A stretch of 64,000 nucleotides of DNA from Prochlorococcus sp. AG-355-B18 (GCA_003280965.1 QCDI01000003.1:1-64000), one strand, 5' to 3'. Shown: positions 1 to 11,571, numbered from the stretch's first letter. A program made the numbers and translations. Notes: a model not told the origin generated them from the sequence alone.

Positions 1-1357
1 ATTTCAAGGAACAACATTAAGCCATACTGGATCAATGGAAATTACGACTTTGGGTAGAGGTGGTTCAGATACCTCTGCAGTAGCCTTATCAACAGCTTTA
101 GGAGCTGAAACTTGCGAAATTTACACAGACGTTCCAGGGGTTCTTACTACTGATCCAAGAATTGTTCCTAATGCAAAACTCTTAAATGAAATTAGTTGTG
201 AGGAAATGCTTGAACTTGCAAGCGTAGGTGCTTCAGTTCTGCATCCAAGAGCTGTAGAAATTGCTCGCAATTATGGAATTAAATTGTGCGTCAAATCAAG
301 CCAAAGCGACTCAAGTGGAACTTTCCTAGAAAGCCAAATCCAGCCTCTCCCGCTAAAAAGAGGAAGCTTAGAATTAACAAAAACAGTAAATAGTCTTGAA
401 ATAGTAGAAAACCAAGCAGTATTTAGCCTCTCAAATATTCCTGATAAGCCTGGGATTGCAGCACAAATATTTGAAAAACTATCTGAAGCAGGTATTAATG
501 TAGATTTAATAATACAAGCGACAAATGATGGAAATAACAACGATATTACATTTACTGTAAGTGAATTAGAAGTTAAAAAAACTGCAGAACAATGTGAACT
601 TATAACTAGTCAATTAGGAGGAGAATACAATCTAAAAACAAAGATGACTAAATTGAGTATTCAAGGAGCAGGCATTATGGGTAGACCAAGTGTTTCAGCT
701 GATTTATTTGATACTTTATCTCAAGCTAATATAAATGTCAGGTTAATAGCTACTAGTGAAATTAAAGTCAGCTGTGTAATTGAAATTAATAATATTCCAA
801 AAGCTACTAGATTTGTTGCCGAGAAATTTAAGTTATCCGATACACAAATATTTGTTAATCCAATCAATGAAAAACAAGATCAACCTGAAGTAAGAGGAAT
901 TGCATTAGATAAAAATCAAGTTCAAGTAAGTTTTCGGAAACTCCCTGATCGTCCAGGTGTAGCAGCTTCTATATGCTTAGCCCTAGCTGAAAACAATTTA
1001 CTTTTCGATACTATCGTTCAATCTGAAAGAATTTCCTCTTTAAAAACCAAGGATATTAGTCTTACTATGAATAAGCAAGATAGAGAAAAAGCTAACTTTG
1101 TTTTTGATACCTTAACAAAAAAATTACCTGGTTCATACATTGAAGATGGCCCTGCGATAGCCAAGGTAAGCACTGTTGGAGCAGGAATGGCCTTCAAGGT
1201 TGGAACGGCTGGAAAAATATTTAGAGCACTGGCTGACCAAAATATCAATATTGAAATGATTGCCACTAGTGAAATTAGAACTTCATGTATTGTCTTAGAA
1301 AAAGATTGCGACAAAGCAGTTAATGCAATTCATAATCATTTCGAATTAGAAAAATAA
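1..1357 (+). CDS. lysC: Aspartate kinase, cyanobacterial type with duplicated ACT-domain pairs (5' end lies outside the window)
   Basis: Frame is open from position 2 ([26 protein letters not shown]). Kinase motifs TTLGRGGSD and [14 protein letters not shown] are present, with repeated ACT signatures [16 protein letters not shown] and [20 protein letters not shown]. Confidence 0.96.
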   Translation, partial: FQGTTLSHTGSMEITTLGRGGSDTSAVALSTALGAETCEIYTDVPGVLTTDPRIVPNAKLLNEISCEEMLELASVGASVLHPRAVEIARNYGIKLCVKSSQSDSSGTFLESQIQPLPLKRGSLELTKTVNSLEIVENQAVFSLSNIPDKPGIAAQIFEKLSEAGINVDLIIQATNDGNNNDITFTVSELEVKKTAEQCELITSQLGGEYNLKTKMTKLSIQGAGIMGRPSVSADLFDTLSQANINVRLIATSEIKVSCVIEINNIPKATRFVAEKFKLSDTQIFVNPINEKQDQPEVRGIALDKNQVQVSFRKLPDRPGVAASICLALAENNLLFDTIVQSERISSLKTKDISLTMNKQDREKANFVFDTLTKKLPGSYIEDGPAIAKVSTVGAGMAFKVGTAGKIFRALADQNINIEMIATSEIRTSCIVLEKDCDKAVNAIHNHFELEK

Positions 1358-1364
1358 GTTCTTT

Positions 1365-3404
1365 TTAATTATTTCTAGCCAATTTTTGTCTTAATTTTTT
1401 GATTCTATCCCTCAAATTTGCTGCTTCTTCAAAATTTAATTCTTTTGCAGCATCTTTCATTTTAATTTCTAACTTGTCTATTAAGTCAGGCAATTCTTCA
1501 AGCAAACATTGATGATCACTGGAATTGAGAATTGCGTCCGTTTTGTTATTAACTATATTTAATAAATCTTTAGATAATCCACCAGAATCTAATTTTCTGG
1601 AAAGTTCTAGAAAAGATAATATTGAGTTTTCTATTTTTTTTCCTGCAGGTTTTGGAGTAATACCGTTGACTTGATTATATTTTTTTTGAATAGTTCTTCT
1701 TCTTTCAGTTTCAAATATTGCTCTTTTCATTGAATCCGTAAAATTATCTGCATAAAGCAAGGCGACTCCCTCAACATGTCTTGCAGCTCTTCCAATTGTT
1801 TGAATCAATGATCTTTCTGCCCGTAGAAACCCTTCTTTATCAGCATCTAAAATAGCCACTAAAGAAACCTCAGGAAGATCAAGTCCTTCTCTTAATAAAT
1901 TAACTCCGACCAGAACATCATATTCGCCCATTCTGAGGTCTTGAATAATTTCAATTCTTTCAATTGAATGAATTTCGGAATGCAAATATCTAACTCTTAC
2001 TTTATTTTCAGATAAAAAATCAGTTAGATCTTCAGCCATTCTCTTTGTAAGTGTAGTTACTAAAACTCTTTGATTCTTTTCAGCTCTAATTCTTATTTCA
2101 GATAATAGGTCTTCTATTTGCCCTTCACTAGGTCTTACCTCAATTACAGGGTCTAATACCCCAGTTGGTCTTATAACTTGCTCAATAAATTCACCATCGC
2201 ATTGATCTAATTCCCATTGACCAGGAGTCGCACTTATAAATAATGTCTGCTTTGATTTTTCCCAGAACTCCTCACATTTTAAAGGTCTATTATCTGCAGC
2301 ACTTGGCAATCTAAAACCATGGTCAATTAAAACTTTTTTTCTAGATTGATCACCATTGTACATCGCATGAAGTTGGGGACATGTTACATGACTCTCATCA
2401 ACTACCAACAACCAATCTTTGGGAAAATAATCTATCAAGCATTCTGGAGGTGAACCTTCATCCCTGCCTGATAAGTGACGCGCATAATTCTCAACCCCAT
2501 TACAATAACCAACCTCTTTCAGCATTTCTAAATCATATTTTGTACGTTGTTCTAGACGTTGAGCCTCTAATAATTTTCCTTCGTAAGTAAATTTATCGAG
2601 TTGAGTTTTTAATTCTTTTCTAATTGCACTTATTGCACTTTCAAGTCTATCTTTTGGAGTAACAAAATGCTTGGCTGGATAAACACTAACTTTTTCTAAA
2701 CTTTCAAGTATTTCGCCAGTAGTAGGATCAACATATCTAATAGCCTCAACTTCATCGCCAAATAATTCAATTCTTATCAATCTATCTTCATAAGCAGGAC
2801 CAATTTCTAAAACATCACCTTTAATTCTAAATCTACCTCTAGTAATTTCAATATCATTTCTAGTATATTGATTTTCAACGAGCGACCTTAGTGAGGAACG
2901 TAGATTTATAGATTTTCCAACTTCAAATTTAACTGCAGCTTTTAAATATTCACTTGGTATACCAAGACCATAAATACAACTTATAGATGCCACTACAATT
3001 ACATCTTTCCTCTCAAATAATGAGCGTGTAGCAGAATGTCGCAGCATGTCAATTTCTTCATTAATTGAAGCTGTTTTCGCAATATAAGTATCACTTACTG
3101 GGACATAAGCTTCGGGTTGATAATAATCGTAGTAAGAAATAAAGTACTCAACAGCATTTTTAGGAAAGAACTCCCTTAATTCATTACATAGTTGTGCAGC
3201 TAATGTTTTATTATGAGCCAATACAAGGGCCGGCCTTCCTGTTTGTTGAATTACATTTGCAATAGTAAATGTTTTACCAGTTCCAGTAGCTCCTAAGAGA
3301 GTCTGAAACTCTTTCCCACTATTAACACCTTTAACTAATTTTTTTATAGCTTCAGGTTGATCTCCATTTGGTTCATAAGGAGCTTGAAGCTTATAGTTAT
3401 TCAT
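1365..3404 (-). CDS. uvrB: Excinuclease ABC subunit B
   Basis: GATGTGKT Walker [11 protein letters not shown] beta-hairpin, DESH, and C-terminal UVR domain ([11 protein letters not shown]). Confidence 0.98.
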   Translation of the reverse strand: MNNYKLQAPYEPNGDQPEAIKKLVKGVNSGKEFQTLLGATGTGKTFTIANVIQQTGRPALVLAHNKTLAAQLCNELREFFPKNAVEYFISYYDYYQPEAYVPVSDTYIAKTASINEEIDMLRHSATRSLFERKDVIVVASISCIYGLGIPSEYLKAAVKFEVGKSINLRSSLRSLVENQYTRNDIEITRGRFRIKGDVLEIGPAYEDRLIRIELFGDEVEAIRYVDPTTGEILESLEKVSVYPAKHFVTPKDRLESAISAIRKELKTQLDKFTYEGKLLEAQRLEQRTKYDLEMLKEVGYCNGVENYARHLSGRDEGSPPECLIDYFPKDWLLVVDESHVTCPQLHAMYNGDQSRKKVLIDHGFRLPSAADNRPLKCEEFWEKSKQTLFISATPGQWELDQCDGEFIEQVIRPTGVLDPVIEVRPSEGQIEDLLSEIRIRAEKNQRVLVTTLTKRMAEDLTDFLSENKVRVRYLHSEIHSIERIEIIQDLRMGEYDVLVGVNLLREGLDLPEVSLVAILDADKEGFLRAERSLIQTIGRAARHVEGVALLYADNFTDSMKRAIFETERRRTIQKKYNQVNGITPKPAGKKIENSILSFLELSRKLDSGGLSKDLLNIVNNKTDAILNSSDHQCLLEELPDLIDKLEIKMKDAAKELNFEEAANLRDRIKKLRQKLARNN

Positions 3405-3433
3405 TAAGCTAATAGCTAAAAAGTATTAATATA

Positions 3434-4210
3434 CTAAGAAATTTTTTCTCCAATTATTGATTTTTTCAAAGATTCTTTCAAGCCCCTAACAACCGCAATC
3501 ATTGATATTAAATCATCTAATTTATTAACTGCAGATCCAACGCCAACTGCTGAAGCTCCACAAGATATTGCTAGTGGGCAAGTTACTTGGCTTAATCCAG
3601 AAGCACTCATAATAGGTATCTCGACAGATTGTTTCTTAAATTCTTGGCTAATAGCATAGGTAGCTGCAAGAGTTGGTACTGACTTTTCAAAAAAACCTTG
3701 AATTCCTGACGAATAAGGACTAGAACTAGTGCCGCCTTCTGTTTGAATAATATCAACACTTTCATCAACTAGGTTTAAAGCAAGATCAACTTGTTTATCA
3801 ATTGGCATAGTATGAGGAACAGTTACTGATAAGGGAACATTTGGTAATAAATCCCTTGTTTCTTTAGTTATGTTTAAGACTTTTTCATCTGAGAAATTAA
3901 TACCTTTTTCATAAAAAGTATCGTAATTTCCTATCTCGATTAATGAGGCTCCTGCTTTTACAGAATCTAGAAAAGAATGTGGCACTACTGAACTCACGCA
4001 TACGTGTAATTCAGAATGCTTGAGTGCTATATCAACTAATTCAGGTTTACAAGCAATATCGACAAGATCTGCACCTCCTAATGCAGCAGCCTCAACAATT
4101 GTTTTCACAGATTGAGCATCGAAATTATTCAATCCTGAAATAACTTTGAGTAAAGAATTACTTCTCAACTCTTCTTCAATTTTTTGTGGCAAAAGATTAA
4201 TCAGACTCAT
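3434..4210 (-). CDS. ycf23: Ycf23/DUF561 family TIM-barrel protein
   Basis: LKVISGLNNFD, IEIGNYD, SVTVPH and IQTEGG motifs typical of cyanobacterial and plastid Ycf23. Confidence 0.85.
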   Translation of the reverse strand: MSLINLLPQKIEEELRSNSLLKVISGLNNFDAQSVKTIVEAAALGGADLVDIACKPELVDIALKHSELHVCVSSVVPHSFLDSVKAGASLIEIGNYDTFYEKGINFSDEKVLNITKETRDLLPNVPLSVTVPHTMPIDKQVDLALNLVDESVDIIQTEGGTSSSPYSSGIQGFFEKSVPTLAATYAISQEFKKQSVEIPIMSASGLSQVTCPLAISCGASAVGVGSAVNKLDDLISMIAVVRGLKESLKKSIIGEKIS

Positions 4211-4295
4211 TTACTTAATGAATTTATTACCCGATTGTGACATTGTTTTAGTAAAACAGTGCATTTTTTAAAAAATATTATCTGAGCAACACAAA

Positions 4296-5306
4296 ATGTC
4301 TGATAAAAATTCAACTCAGAAAAAATGGCTATCATGGCATCATCTCCTTCATAGAGAGTTTCTGAGCAAAAAAACATTAATTCCTAAAGGATCGAATATT
4401 TTAATAAGTGTTTCTGGGGGTCAAGACTCAATGGCCTTATTAACGTTAATTGATGACCTAAAAAAAATTCATAATTGGTCTATTAGTGTTTGGCATGGTG
4501 ATCATCAGTGGCACAAAAAATCCTCACTTTATGCTCTTGAATTAAAAAGTTATTGTGAAGGCAAAAATATTCCGTTCTATTTTGATAAAGCAGATAAAGA
4601 AAATATTCTTACAGAAGAAAAAGCACGAGAATGGAGATATCAAAAATTATGTGAAATAGCCAAAACTACATTAAAAGAGAAACAGCAAAATAAAAATATT
4701 TATTTGTTAACTGGTCACACTAGTACTGATAACGCAGAGACATTTATCCTCAATTTATCTAGAGGGAGCAATTTTGCAGGTCTTAGTAATATTGAGAATA
4801 AAAGATTAATAGAAAATCAAATTTTTTTAATAAGGCCAATATTAATTTTCAGTAGAGAAGACACAAAACAATTTTGTGATGTTATGAACATCCCAGTTTG
4901 GGAAGATCCAACAAATTCAGATATTAAATTAAAAAGAAATTTAGTAAGAAAAAAAATTATTCCTACCTTGGAGGTTATCTATCCTGGTTGTTCTGAAAGG
5001 ATAAATAATTTTTCCCAAAAAATGAGCAATTACAATAATGAACGTAATGATCTTAGTGAACTAGCATACCTATATTGTAAAGACGTAAATGGAATTAAAA
5101 GGAATCTTTTAAATAGTATGTGTATTGAAGCAAGATGTACAATATTAAATAGATTTCTAAAGGAAATATCTAAAAAGCAATATAGCTCTAAAAATCTGGT
5201 AAAAATAGCAAATTCAATTTATGAAAAAAACAAAGGGCAAGTTAGCTTGCAGGAGTTTTTAAAAATTATTTGGGATAAAAAATATATAAATTTTGAAAAA
5301 ACTTAA
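4296..5306 (+). CDS. tilS: tRNA(Ile)-lysidine synthetase, short form
   Basis: PP-loop SGGQDS, EEKAREWRY, TGHTSTDNAET, IRPIL, WEDPTN and RNLVR. Confidence 0.95.
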   Translation: MSDKNSTQKKWLSWHHLLHREFLSKKTLIPKGSNILISVSGGQDSMALLTLIDDLKKIHNWSISVWHGDHQWHKKSSLYALELKSYCEGKNIPFYFDKADKENILTEEKAREWRYQKLCEIAKTTLKEKQQNKNIYLLTGHTSTDNAETFILNLSRGSNFAGLSNIENKRLIENQIFLIRPILIFSREDTKQFCDVMNIPVWEDPTNSDIKLKRNLVRKKIIPTLEVIYPGCSERINNFSQKMSNYNNERNDLSELAYLYCKDVNGIKRNLLNSMCIEARCTILNRFLKEISKKQYSSKNLVKIANSIYEKNKGQVSLQEFLKIIWDKKYINFEKT

Positions 5307-7291
5307 GATGTAACGGTAGATCTTCTTCTTCTTGTTCTGCCTTCAAATGAATCTTCAGTTGCAGAATCAGCTGGTGGATTCTGTGAGACTTTGAGACTAT
5401 TTGGTGTATTTTGCTGATTATTTGAATTATTAGGATTATTATTGTTTGATTTCTTTTGATAATTGTGATTATTTCTATTCCTATTAGTGTGATTATGCTC
5501 TTCAGTAATCTTCGGAATATACGCACGGGTTCCGCTAGGGGCAGGTTGCACTAAACACAAAATAAGTGGTTCAACTTGTAATTCTCTTCTCATTCTTCTA
5601 GATAAACCATTTTCAATTTCTCTCTGAACACCAATCCAATCTACTTCAAAATTATTTGGCCCAGTCTGCCTAGATAATTGTTTCCATCTATTTTCTAAGA
5701 CCCAGCTTATTTCTCGTTCTGTCCACATGGACATTTTTCTTGGTTCTGCAGTAGTGACAACTCCTCGTAAATTAACTCTAGGAGGTGTAACCATTTTTCC
5801 ATCAGTACTTATAGGTGCTAAAACAGTTACAACACCATCACCAGCTAATTGCTGCCTTTCTTTTAATACTCGAGCGTCGACAATTCCATTTCGAGAATTA
5901 TCAAGCAACTCTACTCCAGCTTTTACCGGATCACCTTTTTGAATGGAATTAGGTGTCAACTCAACTACATCTCCATTTTCAATAATTAAAATATTGTCTT
6001 TTGGAACTCCCATAATCTGAGCACTTCTACTGTGACAAACGAGCATTCTATGCTCTCCGTGAACCGGCACAAAAAACTTAGGTTTGGCCAAAGCCAACAT
6101 TAATTTTTGATCTTCTTGAAAACCATGACCAGAAACATGAATATTCTCACCTTTTCCATAAACAACCTTCGCTCCCATTTTCATTAATCTATCTATTGTA
6201 TTGACTACACCAATAGTATTTCCTGGGATTGGGCTAGCGGAAAATATAACAGTATCAGTTGTCTTAAGGCGTACATGTTGATGCTCACCACGAGAAATTC
6301 TACTTAAAGCAGCTAAAGGTTCTCCTTGACTACCAGTCATCAACAATAAAGTTTCTCTATCTGGTAAATCTCTAATTTGTTTAATAGGAACAAACAAATC
6401 ATCTGGACATTTCATGTAACCAATATCCCTTGCTTTAGCAATAACATTTATCATTGATCTACCTAACAAACCGACCTTTCTTCCATGTTTCATAGCCAAC
6501 TCTAAAATCATTGTCACTCTATGGACAGAACTAGCAAAAGTGGTAAGGATAACTCGTTCTTTTGCCTCAGCAATATGTTTTTCTAAAGAGGGATAAATAG
6601 TCTTCTCAGAGGGGCAAAAACCTGGAACTTCGGCATTAGTAGAATCACTGAACATGCATAAAACTCCCTTCTCTCCATAATGCACCATCCTTTCAATATC
6701 AAATTGCTCTCCATCTACTGGCATATGATCAAACTTAAAATCTCCAGTGAAAATAATTGTGCCAACAGGTGTTGTAACTGCTAAAGAAAAACTATCGCAG
6801 ATAGAATGAGTATTTCGAATAAATTCAACAGAAAAATGCTGTCCAACTTTTACAACGTCTCTTGGATTTACTGTCTGTATAGTTGTTCTATCAGATACTC
6901 CTGCTTCCTCCATTTTTCCTCTAAGCATTGACATTGCTAGTCTTGGACCGTAAATAATCGGAATATTAAAATGCTTTAGATGATGAGAAATGCCTCCGAT
7001 ATGATCTTCATGACCGTGAGTGACAATCATTCCTTTTATTCTTCTTTGATTTTCTTTTAAAAAAGTTGTATCTGGCATAACAACATTCACACCATGCATA
7101 CCATCTGAAGGGAAAGCTAGGCCAGCATCAACTAGCATTAGTTCATCTCCGTATTCAAATACACAAGTATTTTTTCCTATTTCATGTAAGCCACCTAATG
7201 GTATTACTCTTAGAGTCGGAGTATTACTATTTTTAGATCCAGATGAATTATTTGAAGATCTATTAATAGTTGAATTTGATCTTGATTGCAT
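5303..7291 (-). CDS. rnj: Ribonuclease J with an Asn-rich disordered C-terminal tail
   Basis: PLGGLHEIGKN, THGHEDHIGG metallo-beta-lactamase motif, TGSQGEP, IHVSGH and PVHGE. Confidence 0.97.
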   Translation of the reverse strand: MQSRSNSTINRSSNNSSGSKNSNTPTLRVIPLGGLHEIGKNTCVFEYGDELMLVDAGLAFPSDGMHGVNVVMPDTTFLKENQRRIKGMIVTHGHEDHIGGISHHLKHFNIPIIYGPRLAMSMLRGKMEEAGVSDRTTIQTVNPRDVVKVGQHFSVEFIRNTHSICDSFSLAVTTPVGTIIFTGDFKFDHMPVDGEQFDIERMVHYGEKGVLCMFSDSTNAEVPGFCPSEKTIYPSLEKHIAEAKERVILTTFASSVHRVTMILELAMKHGRKVGLLGRSMINVIAKARDIGYMKCPDDLFVPIKQIRDLPDRETLLLMTGSQGEPLAALSRISRGEHQHVRLKTTDTVIFSASPIPGNTIGVVNTIDRLMKMGAKVVYGKGENIHVSGHGFQEDQKLMLALAKPKFFVPVHGEHRMLVCHSRSAQIMGVPKDNILIIENGDVVELTPNSIQKGDPVKAGVELLDNSRNGIVDARVLKERQQLAGDGVVTVLAPISTDGKMVTPPRVNLRGVVTTAEPRKMSMWTEREISWVLENRWKQLSRQTGPNNFEVDWIGVQREIENGLSRRMRRELQVEPLILCLVQPAPSGTRAYIPKITEEHNHTNRNRNNHNYQKKSNNNNPNNSNNQQNTPNSLKVSQNPPADSATEDSFEGRTRRRRSTVTS

Positions 7292-7368
7292 AATTTAGAA
7301 ATTTATAAAGTCTTTCTTGTAATCAATCTAATTTTATTTAAATTTAATTATCAAGTTAAAAAGAATCC

Positions 7369-8274
7369 TTAATGTAAGGATTCGAGGATAATTGAAAGCT
7401 GTTTTCTCATGTCCAATGGTAGTGGAGATAAAGGATTTCTAGGACTGCCTACATTCCATCCCGAAAGCTCTAAAGCAGCCTTTATTGGAATTGGATTAGT
7501 AGTCATAAAAAGTGCTTTAAAAAGAGGCTGCAGTTTTTCATGAATAGCAAGCGCTTTGGAAACTTTTCCAATTTGAAAAGATTCAATCATCTCTTTTAAC
7601 TGCAAACCAACCAAATGACTTGCGACACTTACTACTCCTACAGCACCTACAGATAACATTGGGAGTAACAATGAATCGTCGCCACTATATACAGAAAGTT
7701 CCGAGCCACAAACAGCTCTTAGTTCTGTTACTTCCTCTATTCTACCGCTTGCAGCTTTAATACTGAGAATATTTGAAAAATCCATAAGTTTCTTCACAGT
7801 ATCAGGTAATAAATTGCAAGCTGTCCTTCCAGGTATGTTGTAAAGCATCAAGGGCAAATCCTTTGCAGAATTTGCAATGGCACTGAAATGTTTATAAAGA
7901 CCTTCTTGAGGTGGTTTATTGTAATAAGGAACAACAACCAAAGCACCGTCGGCCCCTGAGTTGTAGGCTTTTTTTGTAGCTTCTACAGCCTCGCTTGTAC
8001 AATTACTACCAGTACCAACTACTACTTTACAACTTGAATCCAAGGATCCTTTCACTGCAATAAATAAATCATGTTGTTCTTCCCATGAAAGGGTCGGAGA
8101 TTCTCCTGTAGTACCGCAAAGTACAATTCCATCAGAACCGTTATCAAATAGATAATTTGCAAGTTTTATAGCTAGTTCATAATCTACATCTCCATTTTCA
8201 GTAAATGGAGTAACCATTGCAGTCAATATTCTTCCAAATAATGGATTAGTAAACTTAGTTTTGTCTAAAATCAT
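7369..8274 (-). CDS. dapA: 4-hydroxy-tetrahydrodipicolinate synthase
   Basis: [31 protein letters not shown] and Schiff-base Lys in SIKAASG. Confidence 0.97.
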   Translation of the reverse strand: MILDKTKFTNPLFGRILTAMVTPFTENGDVDYELAIKLANYLFDNGSDGIVLCGTTGESPTLSWEEQHDLFIAVKGSLDSSCKVVVGTGSNCTSEAVEATKKAYNSGADGALVVVPYYNKPPQEGLYKHFSAIANSAKDLPLMLYNIPGRTACNLLPDTVKKLMDFSNILSIKAASGRIEEVTELRAVCGSELSVYSGDDSLLLPMLSVGAVGVVSVASHLVGLQLKEMIESFQIGKVSKALAIHEKLQPLFKALFMTTNPIPIKAALELSGWNVGSPRNPLSPLPLDMRKQLSIILESLH

Positions 8275-9302
8275 TTTTTTGGAATTAATAACTCAGCTAT
8301 TTGAACAGCATTAAGAGCTGCTCCTTTTCTTATTTGATCTCCACATAGCCATAATTCTAATCCATTGGGCTGACTTATATCAGTTCTTAACCTGCCAACA
8401 GCAACATTATCCCTTCCCATAACATCATTTGGCATAGGAAATCTATTGTTTTGGTAATCCTCAATAATTTCAATTCCAGGAGATTTTTTTAATTCTTTCA
8501 GAGCATCTTTAGGATCAACTACACCAGCAAATTCAATATTGATAGATTCAGAATGTGCCCTGAGTACTGGGACTCGAACACATGTAGCAGAGAGCTTTAA
8601 ATCAGTAATATTTAATATTTTCCTGGTCTCATTAACCATTTTCATCTCTTCTTCGCAGTAATTATTTGCAAGCATAGGTGAATTATGTAAGAACAAATTA
8701 AAAGCCAAGGAGTATGGCAAAACTTCACTTTTTTGAGGATTACCCTGTAGAAATTGTTCAGTTAAGAGTTTTAGTTCCTCCATCGCCAATTGGCCTGCAC
8801 CACTGACAGATTGATATGTTGAGACAATAACTCTTTGAATAGAAGAAAGTTTATTTAACGGTGCCAAAACTAATGTCAATAAAATAGTAGTGCAATTTGG
8901 ATTCGCTATTACCCCATCATGATTGAGTGCATCACTAGCGTTAACTTCAGGAACTACAAGAGGTACGTTCTTTTCTAATCTGAAAGCACTGGAATTATCT
9001 ATCAGCAAAGCATTTTGATCCATAATGGTAGACAACCATTTTTTTGAAATACTTCCACCAGCTGAAGCTAAAACTAGATCAAGATTCAGGAATTCTTCCT
9101 TAGTGGTTTTTTTTGTAAGTAATTTTTCACCTTTCCAAATGATTTTTTTCCCTTCTGACCGCTCTGATGAAAGCAATACCAATTCTGATATCGGGAAATC
9201 TCGTTGTTCAAGAATTTTGAGTAATTCAGATCCTACAGCACCTGAAGATCCTAAAACAGCAATTTTTAATGGCCTATTAGGCAAAAACGGAGATTGTCTC
9301 AC
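8271..9302 (-). CDS. asd: Aspartate-semialdehyde dehydrogenase
   Basis: GSSGAVG Rossmann motif, [15 protein letters not shown] (catalytic Cys), TYQSVSGAG and [16 protein letters not shown]. Confidence 0.97.
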   Translation of the reverse strand: MRQSPFLPNRPLKIAVLGSSGAVGSELLKILEQRDFPISELVLLSSERSEGKKIIWKGEKLLTKKTTKEEFLNLDLVLASAGGSISKKWLSTIMDQNALLIDNSSAFRLEKNVPLVVPEVNASDALNHDGVIANPNCTTILLTLVLAPLNKLSSIQRVIVSTYQSVSGAGQLAMEELKLLTEQFLQGNPQKSEVLPYSLAFNLFLHNSPMLANNYCEEEMKMVNETRKILNITDLKLSATCVRVPVLRAHSESINIEFAGVVDPKDALKELKKSPGIEIIEDYQNNRFPMPNDVMGRDNVAVGRLRTDISQPNGLELWLCGDQIRKGAALNAVQIAELLIPKK

Positions 9303-9426
9303 ACTTTAAAATGATTTTTATAAATAGATTGACTATTTTTTTTACTTTATCAAAAAATTAACTTTCAAGGAAATCACATAATGTGAAATAATTAAGTTTC
9401 GGCTTATAGTAATAATTACAAAAAAC

Positions 9427-10845
9427 ATGGCTAAAGAAGCATTAATAGTCAAAACAACTCCTCTACCTCAAAGTAGAATTGCATTTGAATTAGAGATACC
9501 ATCCGAGACATGCAAAACGTATGTAAATGAGACAATCAATACTATTAGTCGTTCGGCTAAAATTCCTGGATTTAGACTTGGTAAAATTCCTAAACAAGTC
9601 TTAATCCAAAGAATTGGAATCACACAATTACATGCTTCCGCCTTAGAAAAAATCATTGATAAATCATGGCAAGAAGCATTAAAAATAAAATCTATAGAAC
9701 CATTAAGTGAGCCAGAATTGGTAGATGGATTTGAATCTTTACTTGCAAAATTTAGTCCTGAAAAATCACTTAAGGTTACTCTTCAAACTGATGTTGCCCC
9801 CGAATTAAAACTAAAAAAATCCAAAGGACTTAGTGTTGAAATCTCAAAAACTAAGTTTGATCCTAAGTCAGTAGATGAAGCCTTAGAAAAATCTAGAAAT
9901 CAATTTGCAAATATTATTCCAGTAACCAATAGAGCAGCAAAATTAGGGGATATTGCTGTAGTTAGTTTCAAAGGGACATATAAAGATTCTGGTAAAGAGA
10001 TTGATGGTGGGACAAGTGAATCAATGGATCTTGAGTTAGAAAAGAACAAAATGATTCCTGGTTTCGTTGAGGGAATAGTAAAGATGAAAATTGGTGATAC
10101 TAAAACACTTAACCTTAAATTTCCTGAAGATTATTCTCATGAAGATTCAAGAGGTAAAGAGGCAATCTTTGAAGTAAACCTAAAGGATCTTAAGGAAAAA
10201 GAATTACCTGAACTTAATGACGATTTTGCAAAACAGTCTGGCAACAAAGAATCATTAAAAGAGCTAAAGATAGATATTGAAAAACAACTAAAAGATAATT
10301 TTGAAAAAACTCAAAAAGATATCAAAATTGAGGCTTTATTAGATGCCTTAACAAACGAATTAGTTGCTGAAATTCCAAAATCTATGATCGATATAGAAGT
10401 AAGGAATAATATTGAACAAACCGCACAAAGATTTGCTCAACAAGGTCTTGATGTTAAATCTACTTTCACGCCGGAATTAGTTAAGTCATTAGCCGAGTCC
10501 ACAAGGCCTCAAGCTGAAAAAAATGTTCAAAGAAATTTAGCTCTAAAAGCATTAGCTGAAAAAGAAAACATAAAAGTTGAAAAAGACGAAATTGATCTAA
10601 AAATGAAAGACTATGAAGATGCGATCTCTCAATCTTCAAAACAAATAGATATTAAAAAATTAACAGAAGTAATAAATAACGATTTACTCAAAGAAAAACT
10701 AATAATTTGGCTTGAAGAAAATTCCGAAGTAAAAGAAAAAACTACAAAAACTTCTAAAGCCACCAAAACCTCTAAAGCAACTAAAGCGACAAAAACTTCG
10801 ACAAAAAAAAACAAAAACAGGAAAAACCACAAAAACTCAAAATAA
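9427..10845 (+). CDS. tig: Trigger factor with a Lys/Thr-rich repetitive tail
   Basis: Ribosome-binding IPGFRLGK, FKBP domain (MIPGFVEG, FPEDY), and PELNDDFAK. Lies upstream of clpP-clpX. Confidence 0.97.
   Translation: MAKEALIVKTTPLPQSRIAFELEIPSETCKTYVNETINTISRSAKIPGFRLGKIPKQVLIQRIGITQLHASALEKIIDKSWQEALKIKSIEPLSEPELVDGFESLLAKFSPEKSLKVTLQTDVAPELKLKKSKGLSVEISKTKFDPKSVDEALEKSRNQFANIIPVTNRAAKLGDIAVVSFKGTYKDSGKEIDGGTSESMDLELEKNKMIPGFVEGIVKMKIGDTKTLNLKFPEDYSHEDSRGKEAIFEVNLKDLKEKELPELNDDFAKQSGNKESLKELKIDIEKQLKDNFEKTQKDIKIEALLDALTNELVAEIPKSMIDIEVRNNIEQTAQRFAQQGLDVKSTFTPELVKSLAESTRPQAEKNVQRNLALKALAEKENIKVEKDEIDLKMKDYEDAISQSSKQIDIKKLTEVINNDLLKEKLIIWLEENSEVKEKTTKTSKATKTSKATKATKTSTKKNKNRKNHKNSK
10738..10840 (+). 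repeat. Imperfect 9/18-nt tandem repeat encoding K-T/A-T/S tripeptides at the tig 3' end
   Basis: aaaacttctaaagccacc (10747-10764) and aaaacctctaaagcaact (10765-10782); the peptide reads KTT KTS KAT KTS KAT KAT KTS. Confidence 0.85.
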
Positions 10846-10926
10846 AAAAGAAAAAAAATAATTTATGAAATTTCCTACTAATTAAACAAAAACCCCTTAG
10901 ATTATTTATAAGACGAAAACTATTTT

Positions 10927-11571
10927 GTGAACTCAGAAAAAAAACATTTAATCCAAAGCTCAATAAGTTCTTACGAAAGTATAAATAAAACTTTTGGTGC
11001 TGTACCTACAGTTATAGAACAATCTGGCAGAGGAGAAAGAGCTTTTGATATTTATTCAAGACTACTGAGGGAGAGAATAATCTTTTTAGGTACTGGAATT
11101 AATGATCAAGTATCTGACTCTCTTGTTGCACAATTGTTATTTCTTGAAGCTGAAGATCCCGAAAAAGACATACAAATATATATCAATTCTCCTGGAGGCT
11201 CAGTAACTGCAGGTATGGCCATATACGACACTATGAAACAAATATCCCCTGATGTAGTGACTATATGTTTTGGAGTAGCTGCAAGTATGGGGGCATTTCT
11301 ACTTTCTGGAGGAGCAAAAGGCAAAAGATTAGCTTTACCTAATTCTAGAATTATGATTCATCAGCCTCTTGGCGGTGCACAAGGTCAAGCAGTAGAGATT
11401 GAAATACAAGCTAAAGAAATACTTTTTCTCAAAAAAACATTGAATTCACTTCTAGCAGAACATACTGGACAACCTTTAGAAAAAATTAATGAAGACACGG
11501 AAAGAGACTACTTTTTATCACCCTCTGAAGCAGTCGAATATGGATTAATTGATAAAGTTATCGAAAAGTGA
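10927..11571 (+). CDS. clpP: ATP-dependent Clp protease proteolytic subunit
   Basis: [34 protein letters not shown] (catalytic Ser), IMIHQP and TERDYF. Confidence 0.98.
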   Translation: MNSEKKHLIQSSISSYESINKTFGAVPTVIEQSGRGERAFDIYSRLLRERIIFLGTGINDQVSDSLVAQLLFLEAEDPEKDIQIYINSPGGSVTAGMAIYDTMKQISPDVVTICFGVAASMGAFLLSGGAKGKRLALPNSRIMIHQPLGGAQGQAVEIEIQAKEILFLKKTLNSLLAEHTGQPLEKINEDTERDYFLSPSEAVEYGLIDKVIEK

